Shown piece after piece: positions 37,174 to 45,445 of a stretch of 64,000 bases of DNA. The notes under the pieces were generated by a model. The model was given only the letters and a program-made list of their open reading frames with translations, searched no databases and was not told where the DNA came from. A program made the translations under genes and the position numbers. Every line of letters starts with the position of its first letter. Within the stretch, counting starts at the first letter, position 1. The stretch is from Chloroflexota bacterium (GTDB lineage: Bacteria > Chloroflexota > Limnocylindria > Limnocylindrales > CSP1-4), in the NCBI GenBank assembly GCA_046328155.1, contig JAXLXC010000021.1, forward strand, positions 715 through 64,714. The letters are read 5' to 3'.

Positions 37174-37886
37174 GAGCCGCCCAGGATCCTGCGCCACCCC
37201 GTGCGGGTGCGCACGATGCCGTCCTGGTCCGGCCGCCCGTCGCCCTCGGGCGTGACGGACGCGGCGCTCGGCTCCGATGCGGCGGGGCGGGGCAGGGGCT
37301 CCGGCGCCGGCAGCCGCCAGGCGTTGAACCCGTCGGCAGCGCGAGCCGGGCCATCGGCGGCCCAGACCTCGACCGCGTCGGCGGCGGCATCGAGGAACGC
37401 CGGCAGCTGGCGCTCCTCCTCGGCGCTGAAGTCCGTGAGGACATGGTCCCTCGCGGAGCCCCCGTGGCCGTCGGAGCCCACGCCGATGCCGATGCGCAGC
37501 CGTGCCCACCGCTGGGTGCCCATCTCGGCCACGATGGAGCGGAGCCCGTTGTGCGTTCCGGCGCTCCCCTCGGCACGCATGCGGAGCTTGCCGAAGGGCA
37601 GGTCGAAGTCGTCCACCACCACGAGCAGGTCCCCCAGCGGGACGTGCTCCCGGGCCAGGATCTTGCGGACCGCCACGCCCGAGAGGTTCATGTAGGTGGT
37701 GGGCTTGACGAGCACCAGGTCGATGCCCTGGTGTCGGCCACGCACCGTGACCGCGGCATCACGCGCCTTGTGCCGGCCCGTGAGGCCCGCCCGCTCGGCG
37801 ATCCGGTCGAGCACCAGCCAACCGACGTTGTGGCGCGTCCGCTCGTATTGCTGGCCGGGGTTCCCCAGCCCGATGACGACCTTCAC
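37170..37886 (-). CDS. pth: Peptidyl-tRNA hydrolase with a ~45-aa C-terminal extension
   Basis: 'VKVVIGLGNPGQQYERTRHNVGW', 'GTHNGLRS'. GTG at 37886 with AGGAG 5 nt upstream. Confidence 0.9.
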   Translation of the reverse strand: MKVVIGLGNPGQQYERTRHNVGWLVLDRIAERAGLTGRHKARDAAVTVRGRHQGIDLVLVKPTTYMNLSGVAVRKILAREHVPLGDLLVVVDDFDLPFGKLRMRAEGSAGTHNGLRSIVAEMGTQRWARLRIGIGVGSDGHGGSARDHVLTDFSAEEERQLPAFLDAAADAVEVWAADGPARAADGFNAWRLPAPEPLPRPAASEPSAASVTPEGDGRPDQDGIVRTRTGWRRILGGS

Positions 37887-38008
37887 GTCGGCTCCTGCGA
37901 TGGACGGCGTGCCAGGACCTGCCGGGCACGCGGACGGGCCGCGCCCGGGCTCATCCGGATGACGCGGCGAAGCCGCCAGTGTAGTCGGGGAGCCACGAGG
38001 TCGGCCGT

Positions 38009-38026
38009 GGCCCGGCCAGGGCCGGG
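38009..38026 (-). terminator. Candidate short hairpin just downstream of the ferric-reductase-like gene
   Basis: gcccggccagggccgggt: cccggc/gccggg stem with a 4-nt loop, 7 nt after the stop. Confidence 0.3.
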
Positions 38027-38032
38027 TGAGGA

Positions 38033-38830
38033 TCAGCGCTCGACGGCCCCCACCGGGGTCGCGACGTGGCTCGGTCGTGGACGGGCCTCGGGCGCACCAC
38101 CCTCCAGCACGGTGCTGCGGGGCCGACCGGCCGTTGGGGCGGCGGTACCGGATGACCCGCGACGCGCGGTCCCCGCCCGGGCGACGCGATAGGCCACCAG
38201 GGACACCATGGCGATCGTGGCGGCCGCGTACATCGGGAGCGCGAAGGGCGCCCCCGTATCGGTGCCCGCCATCAGGCCATGGAGCGTGGTGCCGAGCGCG
38301 ATGAGGAAGGTGAGGTAGTGCAGTCGCCGCCAGGTCCGCTGGCCGATCCGCTTGCGGACCGAGAAGCTGGCCACGATGACCAGCGTGAGATACAGCCCCA
38401 CCTGGCCCAGGCCCACCCACACCGGCCGGTAGGGCGCCGCGAACGGGACCACCAGCTCGGTCATGTCGAACGGGACGCTGCTGTCCAGGCTGAGCAGCGC
38501 CGCGTGCACCAGCGCCAGACCCAGGCCGACCGCGCTCAGCTCCTGGTGGAGCGCGAAGGACACGGTCCGCTGGGCGATCGCGTCGAGGATGCCCGTGGAG
38601 AGCAGCAGGCCGTAGATCACCGAGCCCATGAGCGCAGCCCACGACAGGATGCCCAGGAGCCGGATGCCGTACCAGGCGAGTCGATCCTGCTCGGTCGTCA
38701 GCCAGTCCGACACGGCCTGGAGCGCGACGCCCCCGAACACCGTGACGGTGAACCCAGCGATGACCAGGAAGGCGATCCAGCGCGCGACCCGGGTGTTGGG
38801 GTCTAGGCCTCGGTAGCTCACGCCAGCCAT
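38033..38830 (-). CDS. Ferric-reductase-like transmembrane domain protein (di-haem b type; MsrQ/YedZ-like fold)
   Basis: 6 TM helices. Paired His residues: 'FALHQELSAVGLGLALVHAALL' and 'RRLHYLTFLIALGTTLHGL'. Confidence 0.65.
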   Translation of the reverse strand: MAGVSYRGLDPNTRVARWIAFLVIAGFTVTVFGGVALQAVSDWLTTEQDRLAWYGIRLLGILSWAALMGSVIYGLLLSTGILDAIAQRTVSFALHQELSAVGLGLALVHAALLSLDSSVPFDMTELVVPFAAPYRPVWVGLGQVGLYLTLVIVASFSVRKRIGQRTWRRLHYLTFLIALGTTLHGLMAGTDTGAPFALPMYAAATIAMVSLVAYRVARAGTARRGSSGTAAPTAGRPRSTVLEGGAPEARPRPSHVATPVGAVER

Positions 38831-39762
38831 GGCAGGACCTCCTCGCTGACGAGGACCTCCCCAGTGCGCCGCAGCACCACCGTACCCAGCACGTCGGAGT
38901 GGCCCAGGAGCCCGGCGCCCCACTCGCTCCCGCGGATGACGACGGCCTTGGCCAGCGCCTCCGCGAGCGCCGCGGTATCCGCGATGACGGTGCACTGTGC
39001 GACGTCGCTCGACGCAGGACGCCTCGTCGCGGGATCGATGAGGTGGTGGCGCCCAGCGTCCGCTCCCCAGCGGTGCACGTGGATTCCCGACGTGGCGATG
39101 CCCAGGACCCGCGCTCCGATCCGGTCGAGGCTGAGGCTGGCCAGGTCCCCCCGCGGGTCGTCCGGGTCCGCCACGTCGATCGTCCAGTCGGTGCCCTCGC
39201 CCACGGCGATCGCGACGTCCCCGTCGGCATCCACCATCGCTGCCGGATAGCGATGGAGCAGCGCCAGGGCGCGGTCCGCGATCCAGCCCTTGGCGACCCC
39301 ATCCAGGTCGAAGCGGACGTACGCCTCCCGGGCGACGCGGCCATGGCGCCCGTCCATCGTCCAGCGCGACGTCCAGCATCCCGCACGAGGGGGCAGCGCG
39401 GACCTCATGCCATCCTCAGCCGCGAGCCGCTCGTCGAGGAGCGTGACGTCCACCACGCCCTGGGTGCGACGGCCCGCCTCGGCGGCCCAGCCGAGCACCG
39501 CGGCGAGCGTCGGCCCGACCGGGACGTCGGCGCCGTCCGGCTGCGCGTTGAGCACGCACAGGTCCGACGCAGGCTCGAACCGGGTGAGCCTCGCCGCCCA
39601 CCGACCCACGCGTCGTGCCACCGACTCCAGGTCGCGGCGCGCCTGGTCCTGCTCCGGGGCGCCGCAGCCGACGTGGAGCCGCAGCCGACCGCCCATGGCA
39701 GCGACGTCCAGGCTGACCTGGAAGAGGGCCAGGGCGTCCGGCAACGCGGCGCTGGCGCTCAT
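38818..39762 (-). CDS. apbE: FAD:protein FMN transferase (ApbE family)
   Basis: 'FDLDGVAKGWIADRA', 'GIATSG', 'HHLIDPATRRP', 'ADTAALAEALAKA'. Confidence 0.8.
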   Translation of the reverse strand: MSASAALPDALALFQVSLDVAAMGGRLRLHVGCGAPEQDQARRDLESVARRVGRWAARLTRFEPASDLCVLNAQPDGADVPVGPTLAAVLGWAAEAGRRTQGVVDVTLLDERLAAEDGMRSALPPRAGCWTSRWTMDGRHGRVAREAYVRFDLDGVAKGWIADRALALLHRYPAAMVDADGDVAIAVGEGTDWTIDVADPDDPRGDLASLSLDRIGARVLGIATSGIHVHRWGADAGRHHLIDPATRRPASSDVAQCTVIADTAALAEALAKAVVIRGSEWGAGLLGHSDVLGTVVLRRTGEVLVSEEVLPWLA

Positions 39763-40235
39763 CGACCGGACTGCCGGGTGCGGGCCACCGCCGGCCGCCT
39801 GGGTGTCGTCGCCGCGTTGCGCGGCGCCGGGATGGTACGCACCACGACACGGGGCGTCGGGTCGGCACCATGAATCACCATCGCACCGGGCGGTGCCTTC
39901 TCGCCGCGCTTAAGCTGGACATATCGGATCCGATGGACCACCTGCTGCGGCACGCCCAGCATGGGTCCGGATGCCAGGGCGGAGGGGTCGGGGGCGTCCG
40001 CGACCGGGAAGCGCACCAGGCCCGCGGTCACGATGCTCATCGCAGCGAACGTACCCACGCCCAGCACGACCCGGGTGGGTCGCGCGTCGGGGTGCCGTTT
40101 GGGAGCCCCGCCACCGGGGCTCGTGCGCGGGCCGGGCGTGACGGGCCGGCTGCCGACGCTGGGGGCGTCCGGGCGGGCCTGTGGCCCGTGGGCGTCGGGC
40201 CGGCCCTGCGCCTGGAAGTCGTCAGGGCGGGCCAT
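39759..40235 (-). CDS. Hypothetical membrane-anchored protein (disordered N-terminus, one TM, short beta segment, basic tail)
   Basis: 'VVLGVGTFAAMSIVTAGLV' TM. 'QQVVHRIRYVQLKRGEKAPPGAMVIH'. Same architecture as the next gene. The stop/start overlaps apbE. Confidence 0.5.
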   Translation of the reverse strand: MARPDDFQAQGRPDAHGPQARPDAPSVGSRPVTPGPRTSPGGGAPKRHPDARPTRVVLGVGTFAAMSIVTAGLVRFPVADAPDPSALASGPMLGVPQQVVHRIRYVQLKRGEKAPPGAMVIHGADPTPRVVVRTIPAPRNAATTPRRPAVARTRQSGR

Positions 40236-40579
40236 CAGTCGTCGCCCTCTCGTTCGCCGCGCTCGTGCTCGCGATCCTCGTGCTCATCGTCGGCCGACCG
40301 CCGCTGGTCGCGCGTCTGGGTGTGCCGTGCCGACGGACGCCGGGTGGGCGTCGGCGCGCGTCGAGTCACGTGGACCACCTTGGGCTTCTTGGGTGCGGCG
40401 ATGTAGACGACGTCCACGACCTCGCTGGCTGGTGCGGCGGTCGGGAGCGAGGCGAGCTCGGCTGCCGAGGTCGCCTGATCGGCGGCCCCCAGCGCCGGGC
40501 GGTCACCACGCAGCAGGCCGAACGCCAGGATGGCGGTGGCCGCGATGCCGCCGACCAGGAGTGCGATGCGATAGATCAT
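40235..40579 (-). CDS. Hypothetical membrane-anchored small protein with a highly charged tail
   Basis: 'MIYRIALLVGGIAATAILAFGLL' TM. 'EVVDVVYIAAPKKPKVVHV'. Tail 'DDEHEDREHERGEREGDD'. GGAGG 7 nt upstream of ATG 40579. Its TGA overlaps the downstream ATG. Confidence 0.55.
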   Translation of the reverse strand: MIYRIALLVGGIAATAILAFGLLRGDRPALGAADQATSAAELASLPTAAPASEVVDVVYIAAPKKPKVVHVTRRAPTPTRRPSARHTQTRDQRRSADDEHEDREHERGEREGDD

Positions 40580-40694
40580 GGTTGGCCTCCGCTGAGCTTC
40601 GAGGACGCCCAGATTGCGACGCCGACCTTTGCGTTCGATGAGTCCCCCATGAGACTTCTCCAATGGGAGGCCTTCGGCCATTGCGGTCGCGTCC

Positions 40695-41396
40695 GTGGTG
40701 GCGGAACCTTGTGGCGTGCGCGTGCTGGTGGTGGACGACGAACCCCGGATGGCCTCGGCCATCGCCCGGGTGCTGACCGCCGAGCGCTACGTGGTCGACG
40801 TGGCGCATGACGGCGTGTCCGCGCTCGCCATGGCGGGCGATGAACCACCCGACCTCATCGTCCTGGACCGGCTGCTGCCGGACCTCGACGGCCTCGAGGT
40901 GATCAGGCTCCTGCGTGCCCGGGGCAATCGCACTCCGGTGCTGATGCTGACGGCGCTGGGCACGCTGGAACACCGGGTGGGTGGCCTCGACGCCGGCGCG
41001 GACGACTACCTGGGCAAGCCGTTCGCGTTCAGCGAGCTGCTCGCCCGGCTGCGCGCGCTGGGCCGACGGGCGCCGGCCTTGGCGATCGACGCGCCGCGCG
41101 TCGGTGACGTGCGGCTCGACCCGACGCGTCACCGGGTCGTCGTCGGCGAGCGGGCGGAGGACCTGTCCGCCCGGGAGTACGCTCTCCTTGACTACCTCAT
41201 CCGCCAGGGTGGTCGGGTCGTGACCCGCCAGCAGATCCTGGATGCGGTGTGGGGTGCGGAGCCGGACGTCTACTCCAACGTGGTCGATCTGTACGTCCAC
41301 TACCTGCGGCGCAAGCTCGACGCGCTCGGGCGCCGGGGGCTGCTGCGCACTGTGCGGGGCGTGGGCTACGCGCTCGATACGGGGAGCGCATCGTGA
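40695..41396 (+). CDS. OmpR-family response regulator
   Basis: 'VRVLVVDDEP...DLIVLDRLLPDLDG...GADDYLGKPF' receiver domain. Winged-helix 'LSAREYALLDYL...LRTVRGVGY'. Confidence 0.92.
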   Translation: MVAEPCGVRVLVVDDEPRMASAIARVLTAERYVVDVAHDGVSALAMAGDEPPDLIVLDRLLPDLDGLEVIRLLRARGNRTPVLMLTALGTLEHRVGGLDAGADDYLGKPFAFSELLARLRALGRRAPALAIDAPRVGDVRLDPTRHRVVVGERAEDLSAREYALLDYLIRQGGRVVTRQQILDAVWGAEPDVYSNVVDLYVHYLRRKLDALGRRGLLRTVRGVGYALDTGSAS

Positions 41397-42796
41397 CCGG
41401 CCGCTCCGCCAGGAGCCGCACCCCCGAGGAGCTGGTGCTCCATCGGACCCGAACGCGACTCGCGATGGTGACGCTCGCCCTGGTCGCCGGGCTGCTGGCG
41501 GCGGTGGGGGTCGTGACCCAGCTCGCGGCGACACGGTTGATGGATGAGAACGTGCGCCGCGCGATGGACGGCGCCATGCGGTCCGCGCTCGGCACGGACG
41601 AGACCCACGAGGACGATGGCTCCAGTCGGACGCCCGCTGGCTCCGAGACGTTCGTGCTGTACCTCGACGAGGAGGGCGCGGTCCTGGGCAATCCATCGCG
41701 GGTGGCACTGGCGGGCCTGCCCGACGGCGAGGCGATGGCGGCCGCAGCGACGAGTGCCGATGACCAGCGCGATGGCATCTACGGGGGCATCCCCGTGCGG
41801 CTGCTCACGCGGCAGGTCGACGGGTCGGACGCGGCGCCAAGCGAGCGCGAGGATGGCGAGGACGACGCCGAGGACGCGGGATCGCGCGTGCGATACGTGC
41901 AGGTCGGGTTCGTACTGTCGCTGCACCAGGAGCAGCAGCGCGAACTGTCCGTCGCCATCACGGCGGCGGTCCTGCTGGGCGTCGCGGGCGCCGGGCTGGT
42001 GACCCTGCTGGTGACCCAGCGAGCACTGTCGCCCATCCGCGAGGCGTTCGCCGCGGAGCGACGGTTCGTGGCCGCCGCCTCGCATGAGCTCCGGACGCCC
42101 GTGGCCATCATCCGGGCATCCGCTGAGGTCATGCAGCGCGAAGGCACCACCACGCCGGCCGGCGAGACCCTGGTCGCCGACATCGTCGCCGAGACTGACC
42201 GGCTCGGACGCCTGGTTGGCGACCTGCTCGCGCTGGCGTCGGCCGAGGCGGGTGCCGTCACCGTCGACCCACGACCGACCGACCTTGGTGCGTGGCTGGA
42301 CGAGACCGTGCGGCGGGTCGAGCCCATGGTGCGAGGGCGTGGCCTGCGGCTGTCGACGGACGTGGACGCGGTCCGCGGCTCGGTGGTCGTGGCCGACCCA
42401 GACCGGCTGACCCAGTTGCTGCTGGTGCTGGTCGACAACGCCGTCGCTCACTCCCCGGGCGGCGGCACGATCCATGTCGCGGCGCTGCGCGAGGGATCGC
42501 GGGGCGTGGTGAGCGTGACGGACGATGGACCCGGCATCCCCGAGAACCTGCGGGAGACGATCTTCGAGCCCTTCATGCGGACGCCTGGCGCCCGACGAAG
42601 CGAGGGCAGCGGGTTGGGCCTCGCGATCGCTCGCCAGCTCGCGACCCGCCAAGGAGCGACCCTGGAGGTCGCCAACCCTGCGCAACGCCCTACCAGCTGG
42701 GGGTCCGGGGCCTGCTTCGTCCTGCGGCTACCAATCGTCACGGCCACGACCACCGCGACCCGCCGTCATGCACCGGGGTCGGCGTCGCCGGGCTGA
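41393..42796 (+). CDS. Sensor histidine kinase (two TM, HisKA plus HATPase_c)
   Basis: The GTG at 41393 overlaps the RR stop (GTGA). H-box 'AASHELRTPVA'. N-box 'LLVLVDNAVAHS'. G-boxes 'DDGPGIP', 'GSGLGLAIA'. Confidence 0.9.
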   Translation: MTGRSARSRTPEELVLHRTRTRLAMVTLALVAGLLAAVGVVTQLAATRLMDENVRRAMDGAMRSALGTDETHEDDGSSRTPAGSETFVLYLDEEGAVLGNPSRVALAGLPDGEAMAAAATSADDQRDGIYGGIPVRLLTRQVDGSDAAPSEREDGEDDAEDAGSRVRYVQVGFVLSLHQEQQRELSVAITAAVLLGVAGAGLVTLLVTQRALSPIREAFAAERRFVAAASHELRTPVAIIRASAEVMQREGTTTPAGETLVADIVAETDRLGRLVGDLLALASAEAGAVTVDPRPTDLGAWLDETVRRVEPMVRGRGLRLSTDVDAVRGSVVVADPDRLTQLLLVLVDNAVAHSPGGGTIHVAALREGSRGVVSVTDDGPGIPENLRETIFEPFMRTPGARRSEGSGLGLAIARQLATRQGATLEVANPAQRPTSWGSGACFVLRLPIVTATTTATRRHAPGSASPG

Positions 42797-42886
42797 TTGC
42801 TGCCACAGACGCGGGGCGACCGGCTGACCCCGCACGCACGGCTGCACGGTACCCTGCGAGGACCCGACCAGCCGGAGGCAGGAGCC

Positions 42887-44278
42887 ATGACCGACACGAC
42901 CTCGACGGACTTCGACCTGGCGATCATCGGCGCGGGGCCGGGCGGCGAGGCGCCGCCTATGCCGCACGCGAGCTGGGGCTCAGCGTGGCCATCATCGACC
43001 GTCGCTGGTACGGCGGGCGTGCCCGCACTCGCGTGCGTGCCCTCCAAGGCGCTGCTCCATGCGGCCGCGGAGCACGTGGCTCACCCCGACCGGTACCCCT
43101 GGTCCCGTGCGTCCGAGCGGCGCGACTGGATGGTCAACCGGGCACCGGATGCCCCGGAGCCTGACGACTCGGCACCGCAAGGGCCTCGAGGACGCGGGCG
43201 CCGTGGTCCATCCGGGCACCGCCACCATCGTCGGTCGGGGCGAGCTGGAGGTCGTGCACGACCACGCGGCCCATCGGCTCAGGGCGCGCGAGGTGGTCGT
43301 CGCGGTGGGCTCGTATTCCACGGTGCCGCAGCTGCCGGGCCTCGACGAGGCCGCGCCATGGACCAACGAGCAGGCGACCCTGGCACGGCAGCTGCCTCGC
43401 AGCCTGGTCGTCCTGGGTGGCGGCGCGTCAGGCTGCGAGCTGGCCCAGGTCTATGCCCGGTTCGGCGTGCCGGTGACGCTGGTCCACTCGCACCCGCTGC
43501 TGGCAGCACAGATGCACCCGCGGAACGCCGAGGTCCCGCGGGCGGCCCTGGAGCGCGACGGCGTGACGGTCCGGACCGGCGTGCGCGCCGGGGTGTGCGC
43601 GCGGGCATGGGCACCGATGGGGCGCACGTCCTCGACCTCGCCGATGGGTCGGGCGTGGAAGGCCACGCCATCCTGCTGGCCGTGGGTCGGACGGTCCCGC
43701 TCCGCGACCTTGGGCTCCGGCACTACGGAATCGACGCGGCGGCCAAGGATGCCTATCCGCGCGACGGGCGGGTCCGCGTCGCGGACGGGCTGATGGTCGT
43801 GGGTGACGCGGCGGGTCCCGAGATGCACACCCATCTGGCGCACTACCAGGGCGCGCTGGCGGCCCGTGCCGCGGCCGGCCAGGCGATCGCGCCCGACTAC
43901 CGCGCCCTGCCCCGGGCCATGTACACCGACCCGGAGCTGGCGTTCGTGGGCCTGACGGTCGAGGACGCGCGGGCGGCGGGGATGGACGCCTTCGAGCTGA
44001 CCGCCGAGTTCGCCACCAGTGCCCGAGGCTTTGGCGTGGAGGCCGACCTGGGCCACGTGACGATCATCCTCGATCGCGGGACCCGGCAGCTGGTGGGCGC
44101 GGCGATGGCCTGCCCCGACGCGTCCGCGGCGATCCACGAGTGCGTGCTGGCCATCCAGGCGCGGGTGCCCATCGACGTCCTCGCGCAGACCATCCACGCG
44201 TTCCCGTCGACGTCGCGAATCCTCAACGGGCTGTTCTCGGACGCGCGGAAGCAGCTGGGCGACGCCGCAGGGGACTGA
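42887..44278 (+). CDS. Pyridine nucleotide-disulfide (flavoprotein disulfide reductase family) oxidoreductase; the homologous frame shifts several times although one frame stays open
   Basis: 'FDLAIIGAGPGGEA' (frame 1). 'AAYAARELGLSVAIIDRRWYGG' (another frame). 'ACVPSKALLHAA' (frame 1). 'VVLGGGASGCELAQVYARFGVPVTLV' (frame of ORF 43059-43793). 'LLAVGR...GDAAGP...HLAHYQG' (frame 1). Confidence 0.7.
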   Translation: MTDTTSTDFDLAIIGAGPGGEAPPMPHASWGSAWPSSTVAGTAGVPALACVPSKALLHAAAEHVAHPDRYPWSRASERRDWMVNRAPDAPEPDDSAPQGPRGRGRRGPSGHRHHRRSGRAGGRARPRGPSAQGARGGRRGGLVFHGAAAAGPRRGRAMDQRAGDPGTAAASQPGRPGWRRVRLRAGPGLCPVRRAGDAGPLAPAAGSTDAPAERRGPAGGPGARRRDGPDRRARRGVRAGMGTDGAHVLDLADGSGVEGHAILLAVGRTVPLRDLGLRHYGIDAAAKDAYPRDGRVRVADGLMVVGDAAGPEMHTHLAHYQGALAARAAAGQAIAPDYRALPRAMYTDPELAFVGLTVEDARAAGMDAFELTAEFATSARGFGVEADLGHVTIILDRGTRQLVGAAMACPDASAAIHECVLAIQARVPIDVLAQTIHAFPSTSRILNGLFSDARKQLGDAAGD

Positions 44279-44304
44279 ACTCAGGCGATCAGGCGGTCGG
44301 GGGG

Positions 44305-44844
44305 TCAGGGGGTCGTGGTCGGCCTTCCGTCGGCCTCGACGTCGTGATCGGCGAAGTAGTGGCGCCACGGGCCGGTGCCCGGCACGTACGCCTGCATCAG
44401 CGCCCGCTCGGCCTGGACCAGATGCATCAGGTCGTGCGCCGGGTAGTGGTGGAGCAGCTGGCGCAGCGTGGCCGGGCCGAGGGTGGCATGCCGCGAGCCC
44501 TTGTCCAGGTCGGCCTCGGTGACGATCTCGAGCAGCCCCTCGTTGATGGCGCGCTGGCGGGCGAGCCTCGCGACCAGCTCCACGGGGTCGGCGGTCGCGC
44601 TCCCGGACGCAGCCCGCTCCGCGGGGTCGAAGGCGGGGAAGGCCTCGGCGCCGTCGAGGATGGCGTGGATCCGCTCGGCGAACAGGACCTCGGTGTCGAC
44701 CGCGTGGGCGAGGCAGTCGAGCGCCGACCACTCCCCCCGGGCGGGCGGCCGGGCCAGCGGGTGATTCCCCAGCGAGGCGATGCCACGCCACCGGTCGAGG
44801 TCGATTCGCAGGATGGCGGAGATGTCGCGGACGAGGTCGATCAT
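44305..44844 (-). CDS. DinB-like (DinB_2) four-helix-bundle metalloprotein
   Basis: 'EWSALDCLAHAVDTE', 'LLHHYPAHDLMHLVQ'. His triad spacing typical of the DinB superfamily. Confidence 0.6.
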   Translation of the reverse strand: MIDLVRDISAILRIDLDRWRGIASLGNHPLARPPARGEWSALDCLAHAVDTEVLFAERIHAILDGAEAFPAFDPAERAASGSATADPVELVARLARQRAINEGLLEIVTEADLDKGSRHATLGPATLRQLLHHYPAHDLMHLVQAERALMQAYVPGTGPWRHYFADHDVEADGRPTTTP

Positions 44845-44857
44845 GCCCGTCACGGTA

Positions 44858-45445
44858 TCAGGGGCCGGGTTCCGTGGCCGAGCCCAGCAGCCGCTGCTCC
44901 AGGGCGCGCATGGCGGCCTCCTCGTGGGGGAGCGCATGGTCCCAGCCGCACAGATGGAGCGTGCCGTGGGTGACCAGCAGGCGCAGCTCGTCGGCGGGTG
45001 ACCAGCGGCGGTCGCCCGTCTGGCCGCCCCGGCCCCGTTCCGCCTGCTCGACGGCCCGCTCGACCGAGACCACGATGTCCCCGATGTGGGTCCGGGCGCC
45101 CGGTGGCATGGCGAACTGCGGGGCGTCGGTGGCGCGGACCGCCGGGTCCTGGCCCGGGTGGGGTGGGTACGCACTGGGCGGGAGCATCGGGAAGCTCAGC
45201 ACGTCGGTCGGGCCCTCGTGGCCCATGTGCTGCTCGTTGAGCGTGGCGATCTCCACGTCGTCGGTGAGGATGAGGCTCACGCTCGCGGGGGTTGGCGCGT
45301 GACCGGCGCGGAGCCCAGCGGCGATCGCCCGGACCAGCGCCGCGATGGGCAGTGGGGCCTCGACCCCAGGCCGTGTCGTGACATCGACCCGCACGCGATC
45401 GAGGTATCGGACAGTCAGACGCGCCTGGACGGCATCCGTCGTCAT
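44858..45445 (-). CDS. ybeY: rRNA maturation endoribonuclease YbeY
   Basis: 'GPTDVLSFP' and 'LLVTHGTLHLCGWDH' zinc motif. The ATG at 45445 overlaps the upstream stop (ATGA). Confidence 0.9.
   Translation of the reverse strand: MTTDAVQARLTVRYLDRVRVDVTTRPGVEAPLPIAALVRAIAAGLRAGHAPTPASVSLILTDDVEIATLNEQHMGHEGPTDVLSFPMLPPSAYPPHPGQDPAVRATDAPQFAMPPGARTHIGDIVVSVERAVEQAERGRGGQTGDRRWSPADELRLLVTHGTLHLCGWDHALPHEEAAMRALEQRLLGSATEPGP

Noticed and set aside
37170-39386. A 738-codon ORF as a single protein. The same applies to 38033-39379, 44858-46285, 45442-46998 and 59549-62284.
   Set aside because: In each case only the C-terminal portion carries family motifs (pth, ferric-reductase-like, ybeY, propeller, transketolase C subunit). 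An internal start with an SD sequence or an ATGA/GTGA coupling explains the real gene.
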